This document shows, one piece after another, positions 52,802 to 55,180 of a DNA stretch of 55,180 nt; position 1 is the first letter of the stretch; every line of letters begins with the position of its first letter. The DNA is from Polyangia bacterium (GTDB taxonomy: Bacteria > Myxococcota_A > Polyangia > Nannocystales > Nannocystaceae), in contig JAUIJR010000001.1 of NCBI GenBank assembly GCA_030431075.1, positions 1 to 55,180 of the forward strand, written 5' to 3'. Below the pieces are notes generated by a model. The model saw only the letters and a list, made by a program, of their open reading frames with translations. It was not told the DNA's origin and ran no database searches. Made by a program: the position numbers and the translations under genes.

Positions 52802-53287
52802 CTAGAGGTCCTGCAAAGTCAGGCGGGGGATGAAGTCCCGCTTGCCCAGCGGCACGCCGCAGTGCCGCAAGATGGCGTAGGCGTTGGTGACATGAAAGTA
52901 GAAGTTGGGGATCGAGAACTCGGCGAGGTAGTCGGCCGCCCGCACGCCCTTGCCCTCGGGCAAAAACTGCATCTGGATGATGCGGTCGTCGCTACCCTCG
53001 AAAGCGCTGGCGTCGACCTCGGCGATGCAGGCGAGGGCCTTGTCGATGCGCCCGCGCAGCCCGGCGAGGTCGGTCTCGTCGTCGGCGTGCTTGGGCGCCT
53101 CGATGCCGGCGTAGCGGTAGCTGGCGAACTTGGCGGTGTCGCAGGCGGCCCGCACCTGGCTGGCAAAGGTGAACTGGTCGATGGCGAGCCGCGCCCCAAA
53201 GAAGTTCTCGACGTCGAAGCCCCGCTCCTCGGCAAAGGCCTCGGCCTTGTCGATCCACTTTTTCAAAGCGCGAAGGGTGTGGGACAT
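52802..53287 (-). CDS. DUF1993 domain-containing protein
   Basis: The internal ATG at 53287 gives MSHTLRALKKWIDKAEAFAEERG.... The strings RLAIDQFTFASQVRAACDTAKF and SIPNFYFHVTNAYAILRHCGVPLGKRDF are characteristic of DUF1993. The family name is from recall. Confidence 0.75.
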   Translation of the reverse strand: MSHTLRALKKWIDKAEAFAEERGFDVENFFGARLAIDQFTFASQVRAACDTAKFASYRYAGIEAPKHADDETDLAGLRGRIDKALACIAEVDASAFEGSDDRIIQMQFLPEGKGVRAADYLAEFSIPNFYFHVTNAYAILRHCGVPLGKRDFIPRLTLQDL

Positions 53288-53382
53288 CTGCACCTGAGCG
53301 TGACGAGCGGCGGACATGTGCGCCGAGTGTGACCGGCCAGGGCGTCCGGAGCAACGCCCCCCATCGCAACAAGAATAGTCCA

Positions 53383-53421
53383 ACAAAAAGTGGGCCCGCC
53401 GGCACCATTACCGACGGGCCC
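53383..53421 (-). terminator. rho-independent terminator candidate for the 53492..54316 gene
   Basis: On the minus strand the element reads GGGCCCGTCGG-taatggtg-CCGGCGGGCCC. That is 11 bp including one U-G pair. It is followed by ACTTTTTGT and lies about 70 nt after the stop. Confidence 0.55.
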
Positions 53422-53491
53422 CATGCCAACTCCCCCCCAATGGAAAGAAAGGGGAGCACTCACCCAAGTGAGCAATCCGTTCTGGAAACTT

Positions 53492-54316
53492 CTAGTTCGC
53501 GCTCTCCTTCGCGTCGTCGCGGGTGGTCGAGGTCTCGGGGGAGGCCTCGGGCGAAGCGGAGGTCGTGTCCGCATCGCTGTCGTCGGCGCTCTCGTCGTCG
53601 TCGTCGCCGAGTTCGTCGTCGTCGTCGTCCTCGTCGTACAGACCGTCGAAGTCACCGTCGGCCGCGGCCGATGAGCCGTCTTCGTTCGCCTTGCCCCGCG
53701 CCGTCTGTCGCAGCTTGTGAACATCGCGGTGCGAGGCCCCCAAGACGGCCCGCAAGGTGCGGCGCAAAGCGACCAGCTCGGCTTGCAGCTCGTGCGCCAA
53801 GCGACGTAGCTCGGCCGCATTTTCTTGGCGCGTGGCCAGGAGGCTCTGGGCTTCTTCGCGTTCTTTCGAAGCCGAGGCCAAAGCGGTCTCGATGTCGCCA
53901 AGCAGCGCGTCGAGGTAGGCCAAGTTGCCGTGGGCCCGCGCCTTTTCAAGGACGCCGTTCGCCGCTTCGATGATGTCATCGGCCGGCGAGCTGCTCCCGT
54001 GAAAAGTACTCAGGTCGATGCCGGGGATGTCGCGCTGCAAGCGGGCACCCCACGCGACGACCTGACGCCGCAGGGTCTCGGCGGCCTCGACAGCCTCCGC
54101 AACCTCCCGGCGTCGCTCGGTATCCCCGAGCTGCGTGACGTCGTAGAGCTGGTTGAATGCTTCGGCGATCGGAACCAGGCTGGCCTTGTAGGCCGCGATG
54201 GCGCCGTGTTTGCCTGCATGTCGATCGACGATCTCCATGGCGCGCGACGCGAACCGCCGAAGCAAGGTGAGAGGAACGTGAGGGCGATTGTTTCCGTTTT
54301 CAATGATCTGATTCAT
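53492..54316 (-). CDS. hypothetical helical protein with strongly acidic C-terminal tail
   Basis: A GAGGA sequence lies 9 nt upstream of the ATG at 54316. The product has a helical, coiled-coil-like composition. The tail reads DGDFDGLYDEDDDDDELGDDDDESADDSDAD. I recognise no family. Confidence 0.6.
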   Translation of the reverse strand: MNQIIENGNNRPHVPLTLLRRFASRAMEIVDRHAGKHGAIAAYKASLVPIAEAFNQLYDVTQLGDTERRREVAEAVEAAETLRRQVVAWGARLQRDIPGIDLSTFHGSSSPADDIIEAANGVLEKARAHGNLAYLDALLGDIETALASASKEREEAQSLLATRQENAAELRRLAHELQAELVALRRTLRAVLGASHRDVHKLRQTARGKANEDGSSAAADGDFDGLYDEDDDDDELGDDDDESADDSDADTTSASPEASPETSTTRDDAKESAN

Positions 54317-54696
54317 GACCTTAGGTCCTCAAAGCGCGCCCCGGAGAACCCGGGGGTTGAACTCTTGTTTGTTGCGCTTGTGAGGCCCTTCGGCCGTGGT
54401 CGGGAGGGCTTGCACGAAAACCCAAAAAAAGTTTGGCGAGGCCTGCAAGCCGCCGACTTCACTCGCAATTTTTCTCGAGTAGCCGTTGCAGCGGTGGGCG
54501 ATGTCCGTGGAAGGACCGCGACCGAGGCCGGGCAACGGTGAGTGGCCCCTCGGGAGTGCGATCCCATAGATACCGGCTCCGGCGTGCGCGTCAGCCGTGG
54601 GGGCCGTGTGGCAGGACCCCTTTGGCCGAGGCCTCGAGAGAGGCGGCATCTCAGCCCCGCTTGGCGCCGGGGACCTCCGGATGGGGCCGGCGAGAG

Positions 54697-54780
54697 GGGG
54701 TGCGGAAAAAACCCAGAGGGGTGAGGAAAAAACCCAGGGGGGTGAGGAAAAAACCCGGAGGGGTGAGGAAAACCGCCAGA
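54697..54780. repeat. four head-to-tail 21-bp repeats (GGGGTG[CA]GGAAAAAACCC[AG]G[AG], last copy diverged)
   Basis: Indexed base by base: 54697-54717, 54718-54738, 54739-54759 and 54760-80. They lie in a region with no convincing ORF. Confidence 0.9.
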
Positions 54781-55180
54781 ACCGCTGTATGGACCCGCGA
54801 GCGGCCAAACTGGCGAAGGCGGCGGCCAGTGCGTGGAAACGCAGCCTCGAGGGCAGGGGTCCGCGAGCAGGGCACTCCTCGATGCCTCTCCTCATCCCGC
54901 ATTCGCTCGGACAGACCGGCGTTGCCCCATGGTGCTGATGCTGCGGCTGAGCCTTTGGGTACCGCCCGCGCAGGTGAGCGAAGCACTCGCCGCTCCGGCA
55001 CCGACGGTCGGTGGGCGCGGTGGGGTGACGTGGCCAGATGCTGCGTACCTGGGGCCGCTGAGCATTTCCGGCGCCGAGGCATCGGAAAAGGTCCAACCCA
55101 GCTAGATCGAGGATCCGCTGGCGACGGCTGGCGCTCGCCGTGGCATAGACTTCATCATGGATCGACCCCCTCGTTGGTAC

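Noticed and set aside
51291-52805. 504-aa plus-strand ORF opposite the double-VWA gene
   Set aside because: It is an antisense shadow. The minus-strand product has two MIDAS motifs and a MYXO-CTERM tail.
54400-54440. Sigma-54 promoter (TGGCAC-N5-TTGC) on the minus strand upstream of the 53492..54316 gene
   Set aside because: The best candidate, TGGGTTTTCGTGCA, has a GG-to-GC spacing two nucleotides too short.
54697-54780. The 21-bp repeats as a CRISPR array
   Set aside because: The units are directly abutting with no spacers. There are only four copies, and no cas genes are in the window.
54329-55096. 255-aa minus-strand ORF (and the overlapping 113-143-aa ORFs) in the right-hand region
   Set aside because: The products are Arg/Pro/Gly-rich and simply translate the tandem repeat (FSSPLRVFSSPPWVFSSPLWVF). 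There is no RBS or recognisable motif. The rejection is of moderate confidence because the window ends at 55180.
1-55180. tRNA, rRNA, tmRNA, RNase P RNA, transposase/integrase genes and prophage remnants
   Set aside because: I scanned the intergenic regions by eye for T-loop (GGTTCGAATCC-like) and other hallmark strings. I also scanned the ORF translations for DDE, tyrosine and serine recombinase motifs. I found none, but a covariance-model search (tRNAscan-SE, Infernal) would be needed to be sure.

Overview
The window is visibly very GC-rich (I did not compute the value) and is densely coding on both strands. It looks like chromosomal DNA from a myxobacterium. The basis is two proteins ending in MYXO-CTERM-type tails (GC..C, a hydrophobic stretch, then RRRR), TIGR02232-like 'Myxococcus cysteine-rich repeats', an AgmX/PglI-type C-terminal domain, two ECF sigma/anti-sigma pairs, a Ser/Thr kinase and many lipoproteins. 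I can support about 47 protein-coding genes. One of them (1-1205, minus strand) is missing from the supplied track because it runs off the left edge. I recognised no rRNA, tRNA, CRISPR array, transposase or integrase. Most of the very long Arg/Ala/Gly/Pro-rich ORFs in the track are antisense shadows of real genes, which is typical for high-GC DNA.

Recognisable housekeeping genes:
- purU, selD, cysD-cysN(C), miaB and miaE
- an RND efflux pair
- an NRAMP transporter
- sppA
- a phosphotransferase/acyl-CoA dehydrogenase (APH/ACAD) pair
- a desaturase/SDR pair

Observations I rank highest for a second look:
1. 14830-18722: a three-gene module of secreted SNase-like nuclease, lipoprotein and outer-membrane beta-barrel. 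The last two share a Cys-braced DxDxDG repeat.
2. 34855-35847 and 43551-46856: two lipoproteins built as lipobox, acidic linker, (Gly-Asp)n tract, then Cys-rich modules. One ends in a knottin/delta-conotoxin-like C-C-CC-C-C motif. The other sits directly behind an ECF sigma and an anti-sigma whose beta-lactamase-fold sensor has lost SxxK and YxN.
3. 18710-19363: a compact His-brace (LPMO-like) protein with a MYXO-CTERM tail.
4. 25824-28873: an SppA fused to a roughly 330-aa beta-barrel-like N-terminal domain and translationally coupled to an orphan GroES-like gene.
5. 22331-22448: a sharply AT-rich operator-like island between an RHH regulator and a desaturase.
6. 54697-54780: four perfect-phase 21-bp tandem repeats inside a noncoding stretch of at least 860 bp at the right edge.

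All functional calls are motif and homology recall made by eye. No database search was run.
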